Shown piece after piece: positions 43,923-56,658 of a DNA stretch of 64,000 nt. The stretch is taken from assembly GCA_012295275.1 (NCBI GenBank), contig CM022669.1:12772001-12836000 (forward strand), written 5' to 3'. The notes beneath the pieces were generated by a model. The model was not told the DNA's origin. It was given only the letters and a program-made list of their open reading frames with translations, and made no database searches. Numbering within the stretch: position 1 is the first letter of the stretch; every line of letters starts with the position of its first letter. This DNA comes from Chrysomallon squamiferum (Eukaryota > Animalia > Mollusca). Position numbers and translations under genes: made by a program.

Positions 43923-45695
43923 TGTGGGTGTGTGTGTCTAGCATTTTTATATATTCCTATCTCTATTTTCTAGATTACTGAATTAGTTACCACTTGTGAC
44001 CTGTTTTTTATGAAAAACACACAAATTATTCCCTTAGTTTCGTTTTTAGTGGGTTTTTTTCCAACGGAAACAGAAAAAATGTCTTGTGTTTTACGCGATG
44101 CAAGCCTTTTTTTTTCTGTATTATAATTCAAACTAATGTTATGGCAGTTCAACAAAAATTTTTATAACATACTTATGTTTTGCATATGTCTTGCATATAT
44201 TTGGGCTTATTTATATTTCAAAGTCGGGATAAATGTAAATTACTACATACAAGAAGCATTTATTTTTCTTCTGAAGCCTGTTCTACCGAAATACAGAGAA
44301 TATGATGGCAGATATGGAAACTGTCCTTGATACGATATCTCCCTTCAGAGAGAAACTGCAGTGGAGTCGTAATCCGAGAGTATTACCAAAACTGACACTC
44401 ATCAATTACACAATTACAGAAAACCTTCGCAATGTCTCTTGGGCTTCCCAGTTCAGAAGTCACTCGACGCAATAGCACAGCAATTAAACGAAACATAAGA
44501 CAATAATCCCACTGAAATGACGACACAGAACTTTTGTTAATATTATGCATGCACAGAATCACTCGACGATTTAGTGCGATTTTGCTCAGTTTGTTCCTAC
44601 GTCTGAATCAATCTAAGGGTCAAGCATGCGACCTCACTAATAATTGTCCGTTAAAAGTCTGGCATTTGTGTCATTGTGATGAATGCGATTATGCCAGCTA
44701 TCCACGCCGTACTTAGACTTTTCAGATGGAATCTGTTACAGGGAGAAAATCCCAGTATTTAGTCGACTAAAGGAAAGTAATTTCACCGTGCTGTTGATTT
44801 ATATTAATCCACGGTTTTAGCGCGCTCTTCCAGCATAACGGTCTGTCATCCGACAACACAATTACAGAGGAGAGTGAAAGAGAAAAATGCGCTGTCACAT
44901 GCTTTCATATCAGGTTGTTAAGAGCGATTGAGCTTCTTTTAACACTTACCAGGGTAAACAAACTTCTTGTCGTGGACAGGTTTTTGATGAAGTCAATTAT
45001 TTAGTTAAGAGTTACATAATATATGTTTTCTGATGATGAAAAGGCAAAAAAAAAAATAAATAAAAATAAAAATAAATAAATAGCGTGCACATATTCATAT
45101 ACTTATATTTCAATTACAAATTGAAATTTTGAATCTTCTTGAAATATTAAATGCATCTCAGTGTCTACCATACATTTTTCATGTAAAACAAATCCTAGGA
45201 TCAAGCATCTTATAACTGATAATTAACAATTAACACCCTCAACAATAACAACTGTAAGCACCAATGTCAAAAGAGTTTTGACATGGACATCACATAAACA
45301 TTTGATATATATATTTTTTCAAATTCATAAAACGATAAAATGAAGTACAGATTCATAAATAATCTGCATCATCTCGAAAAGAAAACTAGACGTATCAAGC
45401 GGTAATATTTTTCAAACTATGCTATATTTCTCGTACAACGACAAGACCTTTGGAAAAAATAAATAAAAAATCGTTTTCTAACAAAGGAGTCGTGAAGCAC
45501 CACTTCAACTTTTCCCATCTACGATAAGTGTTTGTTCTAATGTGTTCGAGTGGGTCATCCTGAATAGGGACACCCGCTGATCGATATGCGGGTGGACTGT
45601 AAAAGTTAATCACAGAAACAGCATTGAGTTTGTTCAAACAGTTATTCTTTCCAAAGCAAACGACCTCCATATTTCACCTCCATAGCGCTGGGAGG

Positions 45696-45729
<34 letters not shown>

Positions 45730-45824
45730 GTCTCAGACATTCAGTGTTCTTTTTAGTATCTCTTCTTGACACATTTGAAAAGCAAACTTAGAGATTGGAT
45801 TCTATTCAGAACTTGGTATTGAAC

Positions 45825-45860
<36 letters not shown>

Positions 45861-46394
45861 CCTGACCGTTTTTCCTTATTGATTACCGTACAAACACTGA
45901 AGACGCCGATGTTAAAGAGTTCGGTTAAAAACATGACTTCTACATTGCCAGAAACCAATGTAAACGTTTGAGATCACGCAAATGTTTTTCTGTTCAAGTT
46001 AATGTTGTTTTCTCCTCCGACGCTCCTGAATCTTGAGGATATCAGAGCATGAAGTACACGAAGAAGGAAATTATTTCTTTCATTATCGAGAGAGAGTGAG
46101 AAAAAAAAAGTCAAATTCATCAGCAGAATAATCAGATATAAAAGAAACATGGTCTAAAGCAGCTAAGTTATCATCACCATCACACTTTGAAAATGAACAA
46201 TACGCAAGTGTCGATTAACGTCGATGTGTTTTTTTGCTTCCACATTAGAATCAGGTGGTCTTTCTGATATTTCGTAAAGATTATCTAAAACAGAACAGTA
46301 AAAGGCTAGTGTGTGCGTACATGCATGTATGTAGTATGTATGTATGTATGTATGTATGTATGTATGTATGTATGTATGTTTGTATGTATGTATG

Positions 46395-46426
<32 letters not shown>

Positions 46427-48106
46427 TGCATGTCTATGAATATGTGTATGTATGTAATTATCTATGAACGGATATACGTGTGTGTGTGTCTCTGTGTAAG
46501 AAAGTAAGTATATTTACAATTATCACAGTCTAATAAGTTCATTTAAGCATATTGAAACTTCAATTTAGCATTAGATTATGTAATAATACATGTATCTAGC
46601 CTTCGTAAAGTGACGGAGAGTGTGAATATTTCTGGTCGACGTACTGCGAATATTGGAAAATACCGATACTAGACATACAACAGCGATGACATCAGTTTTT
46701 GTCCACAAACATCAACAAGAAAATCGTTTAAAGTCACATGTCATTAATTCATATCTATAATACGTAAAACCCCGAAAGTAAAAAAACATGTCACGGTTAC
46801 AAGGTTAATGCCAATATATTCATTGGATTTTTTTGGGGAATATGGAAATCAACACGTTCCAGATGATGTCAGTTCTTTACTATATATCTCACAATTTCTG
46901 ACATGAACTATGTAACAGGAGAGTGAAAAAACATGTACATGTTCCAGCGTCCCCAAACTCTTCTATCTTTTCATTTTCTATCTTTCTGTGTCAGTATCAA
47001 TTCAGCGTACGTTCTGTGGTTTCTAACAATCGAATGTTTCTTCCGTTGTATTAAAATGATGGTGAAGATTCTTATCAACATCGCAGGACGACATTTCTTC
47101 ATGTACTCGTTCCAGACTTTAGAACTCTTTGAGAAAATCTTTGAAAGCGGAACGTCGAGGATTGTGCGTCGAGTTGATTGAACATTTATCTCTGTCTGCC
47201 GTCGTAGTTGTGGGATGAACAGGACGGTAGAGACGGCGTCGTTGACGCTTGTTACCGTCAGACGTGAAGTGATTGTAATTATGGAGCATTCATCGAGCAA
47301 TTGCGTCAGTTGTGTTAACACACAAATATTATCTGCTTCAGTTGATTGGCCACTACGTTAATTCCCGTTTCGTAGGGTGGTTGGAAGGGGAGACAGAGTT
47401 TCGGGGCAGCATGTAGGTGTTTGACAGTTGAAACAGAACACTTTAAAGTCAGTTAGGCATGCTTTAACATTATTTTGATCCTTGTAATCTGCAGAGCTTA
47501 TGAAAGGAAGGGGGTTCCAGCCGGTACTTTGTTTCGGGGCCAAAGAGCTAAGAAGGGCCCCACAGCAACTATGCATTAACTGAATATGTTTGTTACACTA
47601 TGTTGTATCTGATCGTGAAAATAACGCATGTTTGAGAGTTTACACGTAGATTTACTGGACATCAGATCCTCAATTTTGAGAAAAATCTTTGCCTGTCTCG
47701 GGGCCCGTAAATGGGGGGGGTCTTGTACCGCTTTGAAAAATTCTCTTGAAATCCTTGGTAATCTGACTACTAAAACAGAAAAAAATAAAAATAAAAAAAT
47801 AAAAAATTGTGTATGCAAAATATGTGGTATTTATCCTTTTATCTATTTATTTATTATAACAGTAAATCATCAGACGTTCGTTTACAGACTACATTCACTT
47901 CATCCTATGTGTGTATGTTATCTCTGTCAATATAGGCAAAAAAACCCGTTAGTTTTTAAAAACTTAATAAACATATTAAACTGATAAATGCTTATAACAC
48001 CGTTTTACACCAAAAAATAATAAACAAATAAAATAAAATAAATTAATTAATTAAAATAAAATAAAAAAAAAAAAAAAATGACTACATCTTAATGTTTTAT
48101 TTCCAG

Positions 48107-48326
48107 GTAGCCTGGCGGCGATTTCACGAAGAACATTTCCTGACAATAGGAAAAATGACTTGGATTATGAAGCCAAAGTATATTGTAGACCACAGCATGA
48201 AAGACAATGACCATACGTCATGGAACCTCATCATAAAAAACGTCACTCCTTCGGACGCCGGCAAATACGAATGTCAGATTACGTCAACGCTGGATTATAC
48301 GTGGCACGTGCAGCTTAATGTCGTAG
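48107..48326 (+). CDS. Coding exon 3: rest of Ig domain 1 (VAWRRFHEEHFLTIG...DAGKYECQITSTLDYTWHVQLNVV)
   Basis: Acceptor ttttatttccag and donor G|GTGGGT. Contains the Ig core W and the DxGxYxC motif; lies within ORF 48092..48346. Confidence 0.95.
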
Positions 48327-48598
48327 GTGGGTGTGACGAACTTTAAGCTTTAAAATAGATCAGCGAGACAGATAATAATTATTTGTTTGCAGAGTGTTCA
48401 AGTAATCTGAGTGAAAATTACGATGTACATGTTGATGACTTTGTGTTTGTATTTATTTATTAATTTATTGATTTTATGCTTACTGTGTGAGTGTATTTAT
48501 ACACAATAAGAATAAAATTAGTAAATTAATAAATAAATACAAACATAAAGTCATTATTATATATGTTCTAATTATTATTATTATTATTATTATTATTA

Positions 48599-48641
<43 letters not shown>

Positions 48642-49304
48642 GCCGAACAATATTGGTCTTCTTAATCTCATTCAAATTAAATATATATTATATTAAGAAA
48701 AAAAAAGTAAAAAATTATTAATTTATGATGCTTAATGAATTAGGTACATTTTTGACTCTAAACTATTAGATAACAAGAATTTTATAACTTAACACTGTGA
48801 ATATAATTACATCAAACAGATGGTAGAAAGTTGCAGCTTTTGAATAACGATGATAAGGAAAACTGCTAACTAAAATATATTACATATACCTGAACACTGA
48901 ATTGCAGAATTCAAGATAAAAAATATCTTTATTTATGATCATTAAAAGTATGTGATGTTTTGTGTACAAAGGTTATTAGTAATTTGAATAGAGAAGAATT
49001 TTGGCAGATTACTGTTCAAAAGCTTTTAAACAAACATCGCAAACATAATATAAATTATTAGAAATAGTCTAATTATGTATGCCTTTATGTTTTAGCATTA
49101 AATTACTGACGAAGTAGAAAAGAATAATAACTTTATTTATACTGTAGAACCAAAAAGAAAGAATGAGAAGATAATATTTTCTTATAACGATAGTAACAGT
49201 AATTAATTCTATTACAAGGTAAACAACGATTCTAGACGTACTTTTTAATTATTGGGAGCTTGTATCTCAGAATTTAGTTTTTTGTTGTTGTTTTTTTACT
49301 TCAG

Positions 49305-49325
49305 GGCCACCTATTCGGAAGCCAG
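49305..49325 (+). CDS. Coding exon 4: 21-nt micro-exon (GPPIRKP), Ig1-Ig2 linker
   Basis: tttttttacttcag|GGCCACCTATTCGGAAGCCAG|gtatgt: strong acceptor and donor, phase 1-1, open frame, proline-rich linker. Confidence 0.75.
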
Positions 49326-51520
49326 GTATGTCTGACTGTGCGGTTGTAGTGCTTTGCTATGGATTTTGAAGTAGAATTGTAATTTCAGCATGTAGCGTTA
49401 GAATTGCAACAATGTTTATCTCTGTGGTAAAAACTTAAGTACTGATAATGAAACGAAAGAGGACTGCAAACAAAAATAAACATTCATTAAACCGATTTTG
49501 TTGCACTATTTTATAGCTCTAAAATAATGCGATAAAACCATTCTATTGCCTTACACACACCACCAGTATAAATATTGGCTACGGTCCTGAAGAAAAATTC
49601 TTGGTTAAGTGTCGTACTTGACTTGTCATATGAAAATGTTGATCTTTCTTTTCCCTTGCTGTAAAGAGAATTACGTAAAATGAATAATCTTTAGTTCGTA
49701 TTCTAAACTAAATTAAAAAAAACACAAAAAAACATGCTTTCCAGTATTTTTTTTTTTTTTTGGTGCTTGTAATGTTAACAGTTTCTCCTTTCTTATTTGC
49801 ATGTCATTCCCAATGTCCTGCTTTTACATTCATTTACTGAAGTTTTCAAGCAGCCATTCTCTCCAAGGCCAGATTGTCAATCGATGTGCATGTTTGTTTC
49901 AACCATGTTCTATTATTTTCTTTCTTTTCTAGTTTGCTTATCTTTTTTCTTCTTTTTTATTTCGTTTATCTTTCTTTTCTTTTTTTTTTTTTTTTTTTTT
50001 TTTTTTTGTTTTTGTTTACCCTCTAGGAAAATCAATTACAAAATAGATGAGGATTCATAGAAATAATTATGGAAATTTTGTTAAGAATAAAGGATATTAA
50101 AATGTCCACAAAAAAAAAAAAAAAAAAAAAAAAAAGAAGAAGAAGAAGAGAAAAAAGTCAAACAAGTGAAGCCTTTAAAAGCTATTCAAAACCAGTGAAA
50201 TAAGGAGATTGAAAAAAAAAATAAAAGTGAAGGGAAAATATTTTATAAAAAGGAAAGAAAGGGGGGCAGGAAGAAAAAATGAAAGCAAAAAAAAAACCAA
50301 ATAAAGATAGTAAAGAAGATTCAGGACAAGGCGCCAGACATTTACTTGAAGACCTATGACATTAGGTTTAAGGAAGTGCTTTCTAAATAGTTTTCCGGGA
50401 CCTCAATTGCCATCACTTTGTGTCAGCGCTGATGTTGGATTCTCTTCTCGCGTGTTTATGATTAATTTAAACACAGCTTGTTCCCTAATTCAGACGTTCA
50501 TAACGACCGTTGCATGCTTCAGCAGCACCACTGAAAACAGGCCATGAGCGAATCTGGGATGGGTGATTGTAGACAATGCTGTAAATGAACGTGATTGATG
50601 ACGCCGTTGTTAAGCGTTACAAGAGTTTAAACAGCAAATTCGTTCTAGCATTTCCAGCTCTGTTGTGCTTCACGAAAGCGTGATTCACGTATGTAAAGCG
50701 CAGTTTTAAATTCATTAGTGTTTCAGTTAAACAAAAAAATATGACTCGTCATGACTTTATTAAAATAATAATAAAAAAAAAAAAAAAAGAAAGAAAGAAA
50801 AAACACTTTTTTTCTTATTATTTATTCCATACAAAATTTTCTTTTTCTTTCTTTCTTCTTTCTTTTTTCTTTCTTTCTTTCTTTCTTTCTTCTTTCTTTT
50901 TTCTTTCTTTCTTTACTTCGTTATTTCTTACCTTTTCTTTATTTCTATTTTTCTCAAAGCTTAAACAAAATAAATAAATAAATAAATATAAAATGCAACA
51001 AAATCTATTATTCTCGACAAAGAGGGGGAAAAAGGTGTCTCCTATAATAATTAATTACTTTTTGCCTGTTTCCTTTCTTTTGATTCTTGTCTTTTCGTTT
51101 TTATGTTTGATTTATTTCTCATTTTACCTTTGCTTTCTTTCTTTTTTCTTTCTTTTTATATGGTGGCATCGATAGAACATTAAAACTAAAAGATTGCAAC
51201 AAAATATTTTTTAAAGTATTAATTACAATAAAATAATGATGATAAAATAAATTACTTTCGCATCAGTGGTTAAGAATGATCATAAATTACAAGACGTAGT
51301 CATACTAATTGAAAAGAATAAACAAAATTAGTAAATATTTCTACATTTTTATTTTTATCTAATATTATTTTTTCTTGACAAGCAACCAACTGATTAATCG
51401 AGCAGCCAAAGAAATAAACATTAACCCAAAAAACAAAACGAAAAAAAAACAATTCTCAATTTCGTTTCTTCTTTGTTTTCATTTTTTTTATTTATGCGTG
51501 TATGTATTTTTTTATTTAAT

Positions 51521-51521
<1 letters not shown>

Positions 51522-51612
<91 letters not shown>
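51522..51612. repeat. (ATCT)n tetranucleotide microsatellite
   Basis: Seen directly in the sequence. Confidence 0.95.
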
Positions 51613-52247
51613 ATATTTATATATCCATCCATCTATATATCTGTTTGTCTGTCTGTTTGTCTGGCTGGCTGGCTGGCTGGTTATCTATATGTATACTAAA
51701 CGAAAAAAGTAAGGGCTATTCGTTCTAGTGGAATTTTTTATTTTCTGTCATTGTGGGACATAATAAAGATCTTTTCGGATCAGTGAATGATAAGAAAAGC
51801 GATGAGTAGATTCACATATGTTTTTGTTCGGTATGCATCCATGACAGGCATTTTGTACGTGTCCATTGAGCTTAATGCTGCATATATAAATAATCCTGAA
51901 ACGGTTTATCAGTAAGATGTGGTATGTTATTTGTACCTATGTAAATTATTTGTGATGTTACGTATCTACCTTGATGTCGCCTTGAATATATATCTATTGC
52001 TAGTTTGATGTATGTTCTTATAAACTTTATCTCCTTTTTTCCTTTCTGTACACATTTTATATATCCTCTGAAACATATTTAATAAGCGGCATATACATTT
52101 TTATTATCTAGTTTGATTTATTGTGATATTGCATGCATAACGTTAATCCCTTGATGTTTCTGTCTACATTCTGAATTTTCCCTTTTAAGTATGTATACTT
52201 TCAATTAAAGCTAATAAGCTGCATACATTAATATTAAAATATTTTAA

Positions 52248-52412
52248 TATTGCATGAGTGACAGTAATAAGTGTACTGTTATGAGCCTGTTTTAAATTAA
52301 TAATTCTATATTAAGGCTTTAAGAAGAAATTAAAAATTATTATTGCATGTGAGATACTAATAAACTGTACTGTATGAGCCTGTTTTAAAAATAAGGATTC
52401 TTTATTAAGGCC
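52248..52412. repeat. Diverged ~90-bp tandem duplication
   Basis: tattgcatg..taataa..tgtactg..atgagcctgttttaaa..ttct.tattaaggc occurs twice. Confidence 0.75.
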
Positions 52413-52934
52413 TTTTTTTTTTCTTTTTTTCATTTTTTTTTTTTCTTTTTTTTGAAAAACGAAAATCAGCAGCAAAACAAAAAAAAAAAAAAAAAAAAAA
52501 ACTTAAATTAAAAAAAAAAAAAATCTTCTGGTATGTAGTAGGCTTTCAGTGTTTCTAATAGTCTGAACTCGTTTTCTCCCAACCTTTCTTTTATTTTAGG
52601 TCCCACTGGCGAGCTCGTGGCTAAAGTTGGACGGTTCGGGGAAAGCGATGGTATATTTATTGTATATGTAGTTTTAAGAAACTCAAGTTTGAAGGCACTT
52701 TGCACTTAGTAAAAAAAAAATATATATATTCGTTATAGAACATCAAGCTTGTGCGTTCTCGATAAGACTTTAAAATATGACACGAAGAATTAGTGGTTAT
52801 TGCATCAATTTATTAAGTTAATCGAATATTTTATACATATGGATCACACTTCGTAATACATTTTCAGACGTGTTTTTTTACAATACATAAAGAAATGAGA
52901 AAGAGAGAGACAGGGAGGGAGGGGGAGGGAGGGG

Positions 52935-52999
<65 letters not shown>

Positions 53000-53076
53000 T
53001 GTAAGAGCGAGAAAGACAGAAAAGAAGGGAGAGAGATAAGCTCTAAAAATCATAGAGAAACAGACGTAAAATGATG

Positions 53077-53118
<42 letters not shown>

Positions 53119-54544
53119 TGTGTATGTGTATGTGTGTGTATGTGTGTATATATAGATGTATGTATGTATGTGTGTGGGTGTATGTGTGTGTGTCTGTATT
53201 ATATATATAAGTACATGTATACAAACATACACACACAGAGAAACTGAATGACTCTGAGGCTAAGACTTAGAGCGAAGAAAACAGTAATTTATTAAAGAGA
53301 CGCAGAGTGCATGTTTTTGCACCATTTTAAACACCGCGATATCATGATTTATAAATTACAGCCTCGTAGAATCACAGTTTATTGACGAAATATCTCTTGA
53401 CGATACCATCAAACAGCTGCTGCGAGAAAGAAAATAAATAATGAATTCTAAATACACCTGTATTAAAAAAAAACAAAAAAACATTGCATCATAGTGCCTT
53501 CAAATGACAGTTTAATTTAATTTTATTTCACCTATTTTTTTCTATTTTTTTTTCTTGCATTCCTTATCTAGCTTGAGAATCTGTGTGAAAGCATGACCTA
53601 TGCACGGCAGTTGTGCTAATGAAAATCTTTGCAATGTGCGCAAATCACGCTTTGAAGTATAAAAATACATTCTCTAATTCTAACATCACACTTGCTGGCA
53701 TGTTGTGTTGTGGCTAGAAGACGTTTTAACGAGGAATGAAGCCTTTAATATTTTATTTACGTCTAGTCAGTGCATATAATCTTTATTTATTTATTTATTT
53801 AAAATGATTTAGTGTCAGTAAAAGCAAAATAAATGTGTGTGTATCTATATATATATTAAAAGTATGATGATAATAATAACGGTTGTGATGATGATGATGA
53901 TGATGGTGCTGATGATAGTAATAAATAATAATAATAATAATAGCAATAACAACAACAGTAGTAATAAATAAATAAATAAAAATGTAAGGCATGGTGTCAA
54001 CGTTTGCACTTTGTTGGCTGGATCAAACACAAATTGGGTTCACTTTTGACAAGGATACGATCATCTGCAAGAAAAAATAAAAAAATATTTGACTGGTAAA
54101 CACATTTAAATTCTTGGGCTGTTTTTGAAGATTCTTTAAACTACCTGAATATACTGCAGCAAAATAAACGCTGTAAGTGAGCCAAGCCAATTAGCGAATA
54201 TTTCAAAAGTAATTTAACCACTTAGACTCTTGTTACAAATCTTTTCAAACCGTGCGTGAAAAAGAACATACCCAGACCTAACGTCTTTATTAGCTATATA
54301 TTTACAGTCAGCACGTATTGGGTTCATTAATTAAATTGTTTTTTCTTTGTAGTTTCGTCTTCTTTATTTATTTATTTTTTTTATAATTTTTTTTTTTATT
54401 AGTAGTATTTTTTGTTTGTTTGTTTAAGAAAGAACTCTTTAATGTTAAATATAGATGCTAAATATGTTGCTGACAGTTATGATGATGATGGTTATATTAA
54501 TTAATTGTTGTTCATTTTTGTTCACCTGTAAATCAGCTGAAGAA

Positions 54545-54565
54545 TTTATTATTATTATTGTTATT

Positions 54566-54596
<31 letters not shown>

Positions 54597-55048
54597 TTAT
54601 TACTATTATTTTTACTATTATTATTTTCATTATTGCTATTATTATTATTATTTCTCGATATCTTTTTCTTACTGATACTCTGATTACTATATCTACCACT
54701 ACTGTCACATTATTTTCATTGTTTTTATTGTACTTCATCATCTTCTTCCTGTTCTTCCTTGTACTGTTATTGCTTCTCTTATCGTCGTTGTAGTTAATGG
54801 TGATAGTGTGTGTTGATAAAACTGTATCGTTATTTAACTCATCTTCAGAACGTTTACGTTATTCACTTTGTCCTTTTCCGTTATCTTCTTCTTCATCATC
54901 ATCATCATCATCATCATTTTCGTTATCATATTCGTCATCATTATCATCATCATTATTTTCTTCTCCACATTATTATTATTATTATTATTATTATTTTCTT
55001 CATCTTCTTCTTCTTCTTCTTCTTCTTTTTCTTCTTCTTCTTCGTCTT

Positions 55049-55079
<31 letters not shown>

Positions 55080-55100
55080 TTACTATTATTACTATTACTG
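54545..55100. repeat. Compound (TAT)/(TCA)/(TTC) microsatellites just upstream of the exon 5 acceptor
   Basis: Seen directly; explains the spurious N-terminal part of ORF 54810..55472. Confidence 0.9.
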
Positions 55101-55107
55101 TTTTCAG

Positions 55108-55398
55108 CCATACAGCTGCTTGGTAAGGAGTTTGTAGAACACGGGGACCCTGTTCATCTCGTCTGCAATGCAACAGGCGGCAGCCATATTCCAGAAGACA
55201 TAGACTGGTTCAAGGAAGGCGACAAAATAGACTCTGAAAAATACCCCGATATCATAACGACGAAGCGCCTCTCGTTAGTCGATCGGTCGCTTGTTAGTGA
55301 GCTAATAATAGACCACAGCACGGTAAAAGATACCGGGACGTATATCTGTCGCAGTTCTAGAGACGAAATTGCAAGCAAAAAGGTGACTGTGTTAATAG
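55108..55398 (+). CDS. Coding exon 5: Ig domain 2 (AIQLLGKEFVEHGDPVHLVCNATGG...IDWFKEG...DTGTYICRSSRDEIASKKVTVLI)
   Basis: Acceptor ctgttttcag and donor G|GTGAGT. Both Ig cysteines and the core W are present; this is the real 3' part of ORF 54810..55472. Confidence 0.95.
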
Positions 55399-56169
55399 GT
55401 GAGTTACAAGATATATTATTTTTGACTTTTTTAACGTCCAGCATCCATCTTATCGCCATAACGTTGTGTTAAAACGTTTCGGTTTATTCATCACCAGACA
55501 GAGCAGAGCAACATTTTCTTCAAAAAATACTTCAGTATATGAAAGGGAGAATTGGAAAGCACCATTTGAACAATAAGCAACGTTTTCCTAACAAAGTAAT
55601 GTATGCTCATGAGACGTTCCCGGTACGCAGCAGTAAGCACGTGTTTGTCCCATCAGTTTATTCATTCAGTGACAGTCCATAATTCATAGCACCAATGTCT
55701 TTATGATTCACGTATTCTCACAAGTATATTAAAGCGCACGGGACACTTTCGTACGATCTGTCGTACAATGCGATTATAAAACGGCTGTTTGTAATTCTAA
55801 TCTTGTTAAATATATCATTTATATTTTTTTACTTCATAATTCTGATGAGTGCTACATCAAGTTCTTTGAATATTTTTCTTTAAATGAAACGATTTGCTTC
55901 CTTAATATTTTTATGTAATTTGTTTTACATATTACGCGTATAATGATATCGTAGAAACCCGATCAGATATATTTTAAATTATCAGTGATTACATGATTAC
56001 ATGATTATGATGATATGATGATACGATGATGATGATGATGATGATATTAATAGTAGTAGTAGTAGTAGTAGTAGTGATATGGTTGTTGTTGTTGCTGCTG
56101 CTGTTGTCGTAGTAGTTACTTTATTAAGAGTCTAACAATATTCTGTCTTTTCTTTTTCTGGTCTTCCAG

Positions 56170-56193
56170 CGGATACAACGAATGTTAAACGCG
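56170..56193 (+). CDS. Coding exon 6: 24-nt micro-exon (ADTTNVKR), stalk
   Basis: Long pyrimidine tract then cttccag|CGGATACAACGAATGTTAAACGCG|gtaagt; phase 1-1, open frame. Confidence 0.85.
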
Positions 56194-56539
56194 GTAAGTT
56201 GTTTTAAATATATATTTTCCTGAGTCTAACATTTAAAGAAAAGTACACACAACATACAAAACACTAAATATAATTGTTAGTGATTAATCCCAGGTGTAAA
56301 ACTGAAATAACGTAAGTAAGTAAATAAATAAATAATCTGAGCAAAAATACAAACAAACGAAAAAACATAAAATAAAACTGACCTCTTTTTGTTTTCTTTT
56401 TTTAATGAATTTTATAAAACATTATTGTTCAGTGCTTTTTCTATTAGGAGAATATGGAAATTATTATTATTTTTTTTTTTAAAGAGATAATTTATCTGTA
56501 TAATCATAAACTATTTATTTCTTACATCTGTCCAAACAG

Positions 56540-56658
56540 GCACTGGATCACTGCTGGGAACTAACAGCTCCGCATGGATACCCACCAACAACAACGTCAT
56601 ACTGTCCCTGTTCTACTCCTTCACAGTGACTACCCTCATCAGTGGCGTCATCTCGTGA
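56540..56658 (+). CDS. Coding exon 7 (terminal): GTGSLLGTNSSAWIPTNNNVILSLFYSFTVTTLISGVIS*, GPI-signal-like tail
   Basis: Acceptor tctgtccaaacag and TGA at 56656-56658. A small-residue cluster (N-S-S-A), a spacer, then an uncharged hydrophobic end with no cytoplasmic tail. Confidence 0.82.

Noticed and set aside
45571-45594. GC hairpin cacccgc-N10-gcgggtg
   Set aside because: Isolated 7-bp stem with no Helitron CTRR end or other supporting context.
55154-55459. 101-aa antisense ORF
   Set aside because: Shadow of the real Ig2 exon on the opposite strand.
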